Source: a virus (Duplodnaviria; Caudoviricetes). Taken from it: DNA of 31,005 nt. Under the pieces are notes generated by a model. That model searched no databases. It saw only the letters and a program-made list of their open reading frames with translations, and was not told the origin of the DNA. A program made the position numbers and the translations under genes. This document shows, piece by piece, positions 15,652 to 24,347 of the stretch (the first letter of the stretch is position 1; every line of letters starts with the position of its first letter). The stretch covers positions 1-31,005 of the IMG/VR virus record IMGVR_UViG_3300026546_000014, one strand, 5' to 3'.

Positions 15652-16077
15652 ATGTGGACAATGGTTTTAAGTTTTATCAAGAAACCTGCAATACTTGCAA
15701 TAATTGTATTAGTTATTATGTGTGGGACATTATATGTTAATAATAAAATACAAGATGCCAAAATTGAAAAATTAAAGGCATCAATTACACTTATGGAGAA
15801 TAACTTTCATACTTGCAAAACAAATGAAAAAGATCTATTAGGTGCAATTGAAGTATGTAATAACCAATCAGAGAAATGGGTTGAATCAAATAACATCATT
15901 CGTGGTCAGTTGGAAAATGCAAACAAACAAATAAAACATTGGCAAGATTTATATGACAATAAAGTGTGCTATAATAATGATGATGAAACACCAGTTGTTC
16001 CATCACAGCAAAAGGTGGTAAACGATGAAAAGAGTATTGATGCTATTAATCGTCTTAATCTTATTTTTGGGAATTAG
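15652..16077 (+). CDS. Inner-membrane spanin (Rz-like)
   Basis: N-terminal TM plus coiled coil with Cys residues; overlaps a lipoprotein gene. Confidence 0.7.
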   Translation: MWTMVLSFIKKPAILAIIVLVIMCGTLYVNNKIQDAKIEKLKASITLMENNFHTCKTNEKDLLGAIEVCNNQSEKWVESNNIIRGQLENANKQIKHWQDLYDNKVCYNNDDETPVVPSQQKVVNDEKSIDAINRLNLIFGN

Positions 16078-16330
16078 TGGTTGTTTTTGTCCAAAGCCAC
16101 CAGAACCACGAGTAGAAATAAAGACGGTGTATGTGTATAATCCTTGTACAGTACCAGATAAACCAAATTATTTGAATCTCGATAAATCAAGTCATTTGGG
16201 GAGTGCCTATAATATAAATATACTTATTGGTAATGCACAAAAAATGAAGACTTATAATAATGGATTGGTTGATGCCATTATGTGCTACGAAAAACAAACT
16301 GAAGATTATAAAAAGGATAATAAGAAGTGA
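16025..16330 (+). CDS. Outer-membrane spanin lipoprotein (Rz1-like)
   Basis: Signal peptide with lipobox ISGC, then Pro-rich CPKPPEP. Confidence 0.72.
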   Translation: MKRVLMLLIVLILFLGISGCFCPKPPEPRVEIKTVYVYNPCTVPDKPNYLNLDKSSHLGSAYNINILIGNAQKMKTYNNGLVDAIMCYEKQTEDYKKDNKK

Positions 16331-17151
16331 GATTCAATAGTTACATAAAAGAAATTGATATATCTAATATTGATGATGTTCCAGATCCTTTGTATATAAA
16401 AAAATATGATGGGTATATTTTTACTGTTGATGGTGTTGAATTTATATTTAAAGGAACCAAATTTACAAATAATGAATGGATTATAAAATTTGGTGTACAT
16501 AAGGGTGGTTCAGAAATGGACATCTCTATGACAAATAAATATGAATCAAAAAATACTATATTGATTTTAAAGAATGTTATTAAATGTTTAAAATTATTTA
16601 CAAAAAAATATACACCAAATAAAATCACATTGGTTGCTGATACTAAAAGTAAACAGAATATATATAAAAGAATATATACAAATCTTATGTTGAAAAAAGA
16701 ATGGCAATATTATGGATCATTGGAAACAAAAAAATCTGATACTGATGATTCTATTGTATATATCATCAACAAAAAAGGATATATATCAGAAGGTGTTCTT
16801 GATGATGTGTTAAGTTTTGGTAGTAAGTTTTTATATTTTTGGAAGAATAAATGGATTATCAACACTGCACACGGTCTTGAAAGAATCATCCAAAGAAATA
16901 AATTAACTATATCAGAATTAAAACTACTATTCAAAGAAGCTATAGAAAAGGCTATAGAATTAGGTGTTCATACTGGTGAAGAGATATTATTTTGGTCAAA
17001 AAGTCTGAAACAAGGGTTTGTCAGTACAATTGACCCACAAGGTAATATAAAATTAATAACTTTTTTACCGAAAGGGAAACATCAACCAAAATCTGGAACA
17101 GAGCATATTGTGGTTGAAGGAAAGCAAATACGAATTATTGAGATTGACTAA
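16327..17151 (+). CDS. Two-domain hypothetical protein, putative capsid-internal; C-terminal domain with H..ER...R motif
   Basis: MRFNSYIKE start, internal YISE, TAHGLERIIQR...KLITFL. Confidence 0.6.
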   Translation: MRFNSYIKEIDISNIDDVPDPLYIKKYDGYIFTVDGVEFIFKGTKFTNNEWIIKFGVHKGGSEMDISMTNKYESKNTILILKNVIKCLKLFTKKYTPNKITLVADTKSKQNIYKRIYTNLMLKKEWQYYGSLETKKSDTDDSIVYIINKKGYISEGVLDDVLSFGSKFLYFWKNKWIINTAHGLERIIQRNKLTISELKLLFKEAIEKAIELGVHTGEEILFWSKSLKQGFVSTIDPQGNIKLITFLPKGKHQPKSGTEHIVVEGKQIRIIEID

Positions 17152-17489
17152 TGGAAACACAACTTGCCGATCAGATAATGGAACTATTGAATGAGATTGC
17201 ACCTGAATTGTATGGGATATTCATTAAAGGTGTTATATTATTAATCATTATGAATATGATCGTTAATATAACAAGGAATATAGCAATTTATGTTAGATTA
17301 AGGTTTTCTGATTTATTTTCAAAAAGAACATTGATTATATATGATGGGTTTGAAGGTGTTATCGAAGAAATATCATTAATGGGTATTTTTATAAGAAATT
17401 CACAAGGTATTACAAAATTCATACCATTATCTAGATGGCAAATGGGAGATATACGATATCCAAACAAATTAAATGAGGGAAATAGATGA
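17151..17489 (+). CDS. Truncated MscS-like membrane protein (TM plus beta domain)
   Basis: TM helix then IIYDGFEGVIEEISLMGIFIRNSQGITKFIP. Confidence 0.6.
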   Translation: METQLADQIMELLNEIAPELYGIFIKGVILLIIMNMIVNITRNIAIYVRLRFSDLFSKRTLIIYDGFEGVIEEISLMGIFIRNSQGITKFIPLSRWQMGDIRYPNKLNEGNR

Positions 17490-18205
17490 AATTCGAAGAT
17501 TTTATATTATCAGAAAGCATAAATGATAAAGGAATATTAAAGGCTATATTTCTTGCTGGAACTCCTGGTGCTGGCAAATCATTTGTTCGTAAAAAATTGA
17601 GTGGGGGGGTTGAGCCAAGAGTAGTTAATACTGACACTTGGGTTGAATTTCTTGGTGTTGGGGCAAAAGGTCAATGGGATTTCTTCAAAGATGACATAAA
17701 ACGAATATCCTCCAATCAATTATCAAATTATATTAATAGTATGTTACCTTTATGGATAGACGGTACATCATCAAAAACCAGTGATGTGAGGTCACGACAA
17801 GGTATTGTGGAATCATATGGTTATGATACTGGAATGTTATGGGTAAACACGGATTTGGATATAGCAATTGCGAGAGCAGAAGAAAGAGAAAAAAGAATTG
17901 GTCGGCATGTACCAACTGATTTTATTGTGGAAACTTGGAATAAAATTAATAGACTTAAACCATATTACAAGAGTGAATTTGATTGGTTTTTAGAAGTTGA
18001 TAATAATGATGGGGAATTGACAGATAAAGTCCTATCAAAATTATATGCAAAAACCAATACATTTTTCTCCGCCCCGATTAAAAATTTATATGGGCAGGAT
18101 ATTATACAAGAACTTATAAATAATAATGGGAAGTATCTTTCTGATACCAAAGATATTAGCACGGAGAACATTAAACAAAAAGTTAAAGGATGGTATAGTT
18201 ATTGA
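17486..18205 (+). CDS. P-loop kinase (zeta-toxin/AAA_33-like)
   Basis: KAIFLAGTPGAGKS, IDGT, GYDTGMLWVNTDLDIAIAR...R...R.VP. Confidence 0.8.
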   Translation: MKFEDFILSESINDKGILKAIFLAGTPGAGKSFVRKKLSGGVEPRVVNTDTWVEFLGVGAKGQWDFFKDDIKRISSNQLSNYINSMLPLWIDGTSSKTSDVRSRQGIVESYGYDTGMLWVNTDLDIAIARAEEREKRIGRHVPTDFIVETWNKINRLKPYYKSEFDWFLEVDNNDGELTDKVLSKLYAKTNTFFSAPIKNLYGQDIIQELINNNGKYLSDTKDISTENIKQKVKGWYSY

Positions 18206-18906
18206 TGAAAAATATATTTGAGACAACTGTTACTGGGGGATATCCAGATGATGGGTCAACAGGCCCGGCATCAGATGATGATTTGCCAACAGGGACAACA
18301 GTGTTTGGTGACAAAATGGTTCCAGAAAAAGTGCCAAATAGATTAACAGGATCAACTATAAGGTATGTTCCTGCTGATGAAAAAGGTGAAAAATGGAATT
18401 ATGATGAATTTGAACATTCAATGTCTATGGGTTCGGATGATTCATATTCCGACACATTGGATAGTTTAAAAGGTATCCTTGGAGATAGATTATGGAAACA
18501 TACTTCTGGAAAGAGACATGAATTGTCACCTGATAAAGAAGATGCTTTTAAAGATAGTGAAGTGGATCAAGAAGAAAAATTAAGTAATGATGATGAGGAA
18601 ACTATGGATATTACTGAAAAAATTGGATCGTGGATTGGTGAAGTCGAAGTTATTAATGAAGAGGTATTATCATCTTCCGACAGAAAGGCTTTATCAAAAG
18701 CAATCTTAATGTCAAAAAATAAACAATTAAAATTAAAAAGTATCAAATCAGAGGTAAGTATAAAGGATTATGATGATGTTATCATTGTTTCATACAAACC
18801 AAATGATGATTTAACAATGTCATTAATTGATATTTCTGATTCTTTAGGCATGGAGTTTTCCAAGAAAAAAGATGGAAATAAGACTGCCTTTGTAATAGAG
18901 AAATGA
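18205..18906 (+). CDS. Acidic hypothetical protein, putative capsid-internal
   Basis: Long ORF; MKNIFE start and internal INEE. Confidence 0.6.
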   Translation: MKNIFETTVTGGYPDDGSTGPASDDDLPTGTTVFGDKMVPEKVPNRLTGSTIRYVPADEKGEKWNYDEFEHSMSMGSDDSYSDTLDSLKGILGDRLWKHTSGKRHELSPDKEDAFKDSEVDQEEKLSNDDEETMDITEKIGSWIGEVEVINEEVLSSSDRKALSKAILMSKNKQLKLKSIKSEVSIKDYDDVIIVSYKPNDDLTMSLIDISDSLGMEFSKKKDGNKTAFVIEK

Positions 18907-19301
18907 GATATCTTACATATTTACGGTACAGAAGTATATTTGAAGGATTAAGTCACCACGATGATATCCCTGCAAAAAACCAAGGGGGGATGTGTTTTCA
19001 GGTGGCATCTCAATATATGTTACAACATTCTAAAGATAAACAATTAAGGCTTTGTCACGGATTAGTTACTGGACAAGGGGCGATAAAAGGTGTAGTATAT
19101 GTACATGCTTGGGTGGAAAGAGGTCAACTTGTAATTGATGAAACATTAAATGCCAAAATACCGAAAGATATGTATTATGACATAGGAAACATTAATAAAA
19201 AATATGTTTATACCTACACTCTTGATGAAATGATGAAAAAGATGAATGAATTTGAAACATACGGGCCTTGGGAACGAAAATTATTAAACAACAAGTATTA
19301 G
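18903..19301 (+). CDS. Papain/transglutaminase-like fold protein (Cys-His-Asp)
   Basis: GMCFQVA ... HAWVE ... VIDET. Confidence 0.6.
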   Translation: MRYLTYLRYRSIFEGLSHHDDIPAKNQGGMCFQVASQYMLQHSKDKQLRLCHGLVTGQGAIKGVVYVHAWVERGQLVIDETLNAKIPKDMYYDIGNINKKYVYTYTLDEMMKKMNEFETYGPWERKLLNNKY

Positions 19302-19310
19302 GAGAGAGTA

Positions 19311-19610
19311 ATGGAAATAGATCAAGTTGTAGACAAGTACCTCACGGAAAAAGTAAACAAAAGACGAGTAAAAAGCGCAGAAAAAATGATTGAGAAACTT
19401 GGATTTAAATTAATTAAAAATTCCGATACCGATGAGGATGCTGGACAAATAAGAGTTTCTATGGAAGAAGGTGACGGGGCAGGAGATTATTACAATCAAT
19501 CTTCATACGGCGCATTTGGTATTGCAGATTCATTAAATAAAATAGCGAAAAAGTTTAATTCATATTGGGAATGGGAAAATCCTGCTGTGATTTCAATGTA
19601 TGTTGATTAA
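19311..19610 (+). CDS. Hypothetical protein, putative capsid-internal
   Basis: SD AGGAG; DKYLTE motif. Confidence 0.65.
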   Translation: MEIDQVVDKYLTEKVNKRRVKSAEKMIEKLGFKLIKNSDTDEDAGQIRVSMEEGDGAGDYYNQSSYGAFGIADSLNKIAKKFNSYWEWENPAVISMYVD

Positions 19611-19620
19611 ATAGGAGAAA

Positions 19621-19947
19621 ATGATGATTGAAAATATTACAAAAAAATATCTCAATGAAGGTAAAAGTGATTATGTTGTGTATCATAATACATATTCTTC
19701 GGCAGCAGATGAGATGGAACGATTTGTCAAGAAAAATGGATACACTCTTGATGATGAATCTGATCCAGAAAATATTGGTAGTCAGATGTATGATGAAATT
19801 GGTAGAGGACCAAAAAAGCCCACCAATGGAAAAACCAATAAGTTTGATTTGAAATTATACAAAGGTAATAAACTTCAAAAGAAAATGTTACATGCTCAGG
19901 TATATGGTGATGGTGGAAGGTTTGAATTAAATATGTATATTAGTTGA
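19621..19947 (+). CDS. Conserved phage hypothetical protein, putative capsid-internal
   Basis: KKYLNE motif; YHNTYSSA...QVYG...ELNMYIS. Confidence 0.65.
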   Translation: MMIENITKKYLNEGKSDYVVYHNTYSSAADEMERFVKKNGYTLDDESDPENIGSQMYDEIGRGPKKPTNGKTNKFDLKLYKGNKLQKKMLHAQVYGDGGRFELNMYIS

Positions 19948-19954
19948 GGATAAT

Positions 19955-20158
19955 ATGAATATTGAAAAAATTACAGAAAAATATCTAGATGAAAAAATGA
20001 ACCTTAAATTAAAAAAGGGTGCATTTCATCAATGGTTGGGTAAAAAGGAAAATGAACCGATTACTGATGCTGATATAGAAAAAGGATTAAATAGTGGAGA
20101 TCCACATGTGGTTAAAATGGCACAATTTGCCAAAAATGCCAGAGGATGGAAACATTAA
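19955..20158 (+). CDS. Small phage hypothetical protein, putative capsid-internal
   Basis: EKYLDE motif; KKGAFH...AQFAKNARGWKH. Confidence 0.65.
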   Translation: MNIEKITEKYLDEKMNLKLKKGAFHQWLGKKENEPITDADIEKGLNSGDPHVVKMAQFAKNARGWKH

Positions 20159-20172
20159 TAGAATCAACAAAG

Positions 20173-20203
20173 ACACCCTATTTTTTATCGAATAGGGTGT
20201 TTT
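20173..20203. terminator. Bidirectional terminator between convergent units
   Basis: ACACCCTATT / AATAGGGTGT stem overlapping the uvsW stop. Confidence 0.7.
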
Positions 20204-21629
20204 CGTATATATCTCCTTCAATCAATTCGTGATCTATAACTTCAAATCCTTCAATAGAATAGTGTTTCATTCTTGTATCAGCGTGTTTATCAAGATATTT
20301 TACTCTATCACAAATATCCCATATAATAGCACCATTCTTTTTATCTGCATGTAACCTCAATGTCCTACCAATAGATTGTAATACTCTAACCTTACTCTTA
20401 AATGGGGAAGCTAGAATTAAATTGGATAATGATTTTATGTTTATCCCCTGCTGAAAAATTCCATATGTCGCAATAAGAATGGTATTATTACTATTATCCA
20501 TATATTTACGCCATTTTTCTCTTTCTGTTCCGTCATCTCTTCCAGATAAAAATTCAATTTCATATCCATTAAATAGTGGATCATCTATCAATAATTCTTT
20601 TAGTAGTTCACCTTCATCCTCAACTTTACCGACCAATAATAGTATATTCCCATCCGTTGATAGAATGATATTTTTAATTATACCCAATCTGAATATATTA
20701 TTAAAACATGCATCTTTTATCTCATTATAAGTACCTTTTAACTTTTCATTATAATTAATATAAACCATATTAATGACACATTTTGCAACATAACCAAGTT
20801 TTGCCAGTTCAACACTTCCATATTCTTTCAAAATTGGGCCCAAATATGACTTAACTTGATTTTGTTCTAATAGCGAACTTGGCATTGTACCAGTAAACCC
20901 AAAACGATATCTTGCATTTGTTGCCTGTTGAAGTAATTTTGATAACACAACGGCTTTTGCTCCATGCACTTCGTCAACAATTACACAATCCATCCTTTCC
21001 ATATGTTCTGGGACATTTTGTAGTGATTGCCAAGTTGAAATTATAATTGGTTTATTCCATTCTTTCCATTCATCCCCAACTCTACCAATTAATGACATAT
21101 CTATACCATAATCTTCCATATCGGTATAAAATTGTGTGACCAGACCAATCGATGGGACAATAATAATGGCATTTTTGATTTCACCAGATTCCCATAATGT
21201 CCTCAATACATAGGATATCATAATACTTTTACCCGATGCTGTTGCTGATCTTATGATACCTTTTGATGTTTTTAAACAGGCTGATATGCAATCATCTTGA
21301 TAATCATATGGACTGAATAATAGGTCTTTTTTGTAAATAGGTTGGATACCATTGAATAACTTTTTAACATCATCAGACAGTGTATATGGGACATCTGGCC
21401 ACTCTTTTTTGTGGTATTTTAATAGGTCCAACATCAATCCAAATGGAATTGTCTGGTTTCCTGCGTTGAATAATGATATTTTCCCATCCCATATTCCAGA
21501 TTTATATCGAGGCATAAACCTATAATTATGTGCAAAATAGCTAAAATTATCTTTAATTGCTCTTAAATAATCCCAATTATCAGTATCAATTTTTATATTT
21601 AGATCATCATATAAACAAAAGTTAATCAT
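20178..21629 (-). CDS. uvsW: UvsW-like SF2 DNA helicase
   Basis: FMPRYKSGIWDGKISLF, ATASGKS, DEVH, GFTGT, GINI, LQSIGRTLR; follows uvsY. Confidence 0.92.
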   Translation of the reverse strand: MINFCLYDDLNIKIDTDNWDYLRAIKDNFSYFAHNYRFMPRYKSGIWDGKISLFNAGNQTIPFGLMLDLLKYHKKEWPDVPYTLSDDVKKLFNGIQPIYKKDLLFSPYDYQDDCISACLKTSKGIIRSATASGKSIMISYVLRTLWESGEIKNAIIIVPSIGLVTQFYTDMEDYGIDMSLIGRVGDEWKEWNKPIIISTWQSLQNVPEHMERMDCVIVDEVHGAKAVVLSKLLQQATNARYRFGFTGTMPSSLLEQNQVKSYLGPILKEYGSVELAKLGYVAKCVINMVYINYNEKLKGTYNEIKDACFNNIFRLGIIKNIILSTDGNILLLVGKVEDEGELLKELLIDDPLFNGYEIEFLSGRDDGTEREKWRKYMDNSNNTILIATYGIFQQGINIKSLSNLILASPFKSKVRVLQSIGRTLRLHADKKNGAIIWDICDRVKYLDKHADTRMKHYSIEGFEVIDHELIEGDIYENTLFDKK

Positions 21630-21634
21630 TAATA

Positions 21635-22126
21635 CTAAAATCCACCCTTTTGATTTTCTATAAAATTCTTCATCGACCACCCTTGTTTATCAAATGCATC
21701 CGAAACGGCCTGAAAATAATTCACTCTTATTTCCTGTTTTCTTACCAATGATTTCAATTTAAGTAATTCTTCGTCCATCGGCAGGTAATATTTTTCGATT
21801 TCCGTTTTGGTGAGTTTCACAGAGCCTTCTTTAAGTGATTTATACTTTTCTCCGATCTTCTTTTCCAAATGGTCTTTTACTTGTTCATATTTAGCCATTT
21901 CTTGTAGATATTTAAGTCGAAAGTCCTTGTAATGAAAAGCATTTCTTTCTAATCTCTCTTTTATTGTAAATTCATTGAACATTAAAATATCATAAACATT
22001 ATATTGTTCTTCCAATTTACCAAAAATAACATCTTCGTTTAACTCGGACCTAATCTTTTCTATAACAGCCTTTGTTTCGGAGTTATATCCCCTCAACAAT
22101 TCTGAATAATCCTTATTTTCACTCAT
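21635..22126 (-). CDS. uvsY: UvsY-like recombination mediator
   Basis: Helical protein ending QGWSMKNFIE..KGG; adjacent to uvsW as in T4. Confidence 0.72.
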   Translation of the reverse strand: MSENKDYSELLRGYNSETKAVIEKIRSELNEDVIFGKLEEQYNVYDILMFNEFTIKERLERNAFHYKDFRLKYLQEMAKYEQVKDHLEKKIGEKYKSLKEGSVKLTKTEIEKYYLPMDEELLKLKSLVRKQEIRVNYFQAVSDAFDKQGWSMKNFIENQKGGF

Positions 22127-22437
22127 AATTTAAATAAATCCTCACAATTCAGACCAAGAATATCTTCAATATCCTCTAAATCAGTTTTCTCAATCCTATC
22201 ATCTGGAATCTCAACAATTGTATCACAACTTTTTCTCTTTAAAGTGTCCAATAATGCTTTATCTGGTATCTTTAAACTCTGATCCACCCCAATAATTTTC
22301 TTTACTTTATTTCTAATAGATGTCAATTCCTCACTGGGAGTATTATTCTTTATTAAATTATTGTAATGTATGCATAAAAGTTTTAATGTTGACCGATTTT
22401 CATCTGATTTTTGTTTTTCATTTTCGGTTATTATCAT
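22123..22437 (-). CDS. Hypothetical protein
   Basis: Overlaps the uvsY start; first gene of the minus-strand unit. Confidence 0.55.
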   Translation of the reverse strand: MIITENEKQKSDENRSTLKLLCIHYNNLIKNNTPSEELTSIRNKVKKIIGVDQSLKIPDKALLDTLKRKSCDTIVEIPDDRIEKTDLEDIEDILGLNCEDLFKL

Positions 22438-22473
22438 AAAACGAATGTTACCACAAAATACCTTATATGTAAA

Positions 22474-22502
22474 TTGACATACCATAAAAATTTTGATATA
22501 TT
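22474..22502 (+). promoter_or_regulatory. Sigma70-type promoter
   Basis: TTGACA-17-TATATT with extended TG. Confidence 0.7.
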
Positions 22503-22531
22503 AGACCAATTACTATAACAGGAGAATACAT

Positions 22532-23905
22532 TTGTCAGATCCAATACTTTCAACCGACACTGATTATTTAGAACAGGTCATTACAAAAGCGTTACTCGAA
22601 GATAAAGATTTTATTGTAACCATAACACGGGTATTTGAAGAAGATTATTTTGATTCACCAGAACTCCAAGAAATATTCACATTCGTAAAAAGCCATTACG
22701 ACCAACATAAAGTTATCCCGACACGAGACATTATCATCAATGGGTTATCCGAAGATGTTAGAGAAAATGTTGGATTGTATATGGATGATATTAATAATGT
22801 TGATATAAACATCCCTCAACATCGTGATTGGTTGATGGAGCAATGTGACGCATATTTAAGAGATAAGGCAATAAAAGATGCTATACGAAGGTCTGTGGAT
22901 GTAATTGAGGAAGGGGATAACACCCAAACCATTAGAACTCTTGTTGAAAATGCATTGTGTCGCACCATTGATGTTGACCTTGGATTGAATTATTTTGGTG
23001 ATTTGGGCCCAAGATTACATCGTATGTTTACTGATGATACACAACGAATTCCAACATATTTTCCAATATTTGATGAGTACATTAATGGGGGTTTCCCACC
23101 AAAAACTTTAAGTGTGTTTGTTGCTAAAGTACACGGATTTAAATCAAATGTTATGGCCAATATTATTGCCAGACAAGTTTTAAATGGAAAAAATGTGGCA
23201 CTGGCATCTCTTGAAATGAGTGAAGATATGTTTGCTCAACGATTTGATGGGATTTATTCTCAATTGGATATTAATAGGATATACTTCAATCAAAGGTTAC
23301 AGAGACAATTGACTGATAAATTAAGAAACATTAAATCAACTGATGGGAGAGGTCAACTGTACATTAAATCATTCCCAACAGGTAAGGCATCGGTGAAGGA
23401 TTTTAGGGCATGGGTCAGAGAATTAAAATTGAGAGGAATTGATCTTGACATTTTCTTTTTTGACTATCTTAATCTTATGTCTGCTGAAGATAACAAAGGG
23501 GGTGACAATTCATATGGTGTAGTAAAATCTATTGCAGAAGAAACTAGAGCAATGGGATTTGAATTTGACATTCCAATGGTATCAGTATCTCAGTTAAATC
23601 GTTCTGGTACATTTATGTCATTTGAAGAAGTTGATTTTAACAGTATTGCTGAATCAATGGGTGTGCCTGCTACTGCTGATTTTATGATGATTATGGGTGC
23701 AAATGATGAACATATGATATATAAAAATGAAGTTCACTGGAAAATAGTAAAAAACCGTTTTGGTGGGAGAGTTGGGGAAATGGACAAATTCTTTTATGAT
23801 GGGCGGTCGATGAAAATGTATTGCTCATCTGAAATTGATATGTGGATGAGTGATATTGAAAGTTCTGGTGATGAGAGAGAATTGCATGTTCAAAGTGATT
23901 CTTAA
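22532..23905 (+). CDS. Replicative DnaB-like helicase (T4 gp41-like)
   Basis: SLEMSE, FFDYLNLM, SQLNRSG, IAESMG.PATAD, KNRFGG; TTG start with SD AGGAG. Confidence 0.93.
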   Translation: MSDPILSTDTDYLEQVITKALLEDKDFIVTITRVFEEDYFDSPELQEIFTFVKSHYDQHKVIPTRDIIINGLSEDVRENVGLYMDDINNVDINIPQHRDWLMEQCDAYLRDKAIKDAIRRSVDVIEEGDNTQTIRTLVENALCRTIDVDLGLNYFGDLGPRLHRMFTDDTQRIPTYFPIFDEYINGGFPPKTLSVFVAKVHGFKSNVMANIIARQVLNGKNVALASLEMSEDMFAQRFDGIYSQLDINRIYFNQRLQRQLTDKLRNIKSTDGRGQLYIKSFPTGKASVKDFRAWVRELKLRGIDLDIFFFDYLNLMSAEDNKGGDNSYGVVKSIAEETRAMGFEFDIPMVSVSQLNRSGTFMSFEEVDFNSIAESMGVPATADFMMIMGANDEHMIYKNEVHWKIVKNRFGGRVGEMDKFFYDGRSMKMYCSSEIDMWMSDIESSGDERELHVQSDS

Positions 23906-23927
23906 CAAATGAGGAGATTGGTGAGTG

Positions 23928-24269
23928 ATGGAAACACTAACAGATGATAATTACAATAAAATCGTTGATGACAGGATGTCGATAGTAAAAGTCCATGCCA
24001 AGTGGTGTGGTCCTTGTAAATTATTGAAACCACGATTTAAAAAATGGTCAAAGAAGTTTAACATTTACAATGGTGAGGAAATCAAGTATTATGAAATTGA
24101 TGGAGATAAATGTAAAAACTTCAAAAAAGAATTTAATATTGACAGATACCCCACCACATTATTCTTTGTATATGGGGTGTTGATATTCACTCAATATGGG
24201 GTAACAAGAGAATCGGTACACGAAAATCTAATAAAAAATACTTTACAGGTGAGGTACGAAAAAACATAA
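23928..24269 (+). CDS. Thioredoxin
   Basis: WCGPCK and YPT cis-Pro motif. Confidence 0.9.
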   Translation: METLTDDNYNKIVDDRMSIVKVHAKWCGPCKLLKPRFKKWSKKFNIYNGEEIKYYEIDGDKCKNFKKEFNIDRYPTTLFFVYGVLIFTQYGVTRESVHENLIKNTLQVRYEKT

Positions 24270-24275
24270 TAATTG

Positions 24276-24304
24276 TTGACTTTATATGATATCTCAGGTA
24301 TAAT
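24276..24304 (+). promoter_or_regulatory. Sigma70-type promoter
   Basis: TTGACT-17-TATAAT. Confidence 0.78.
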
Positions 24305-24347
24305 AGGTTTGTGAGTTGGTGATAACCCTTTTTTGGGAGATAATATT

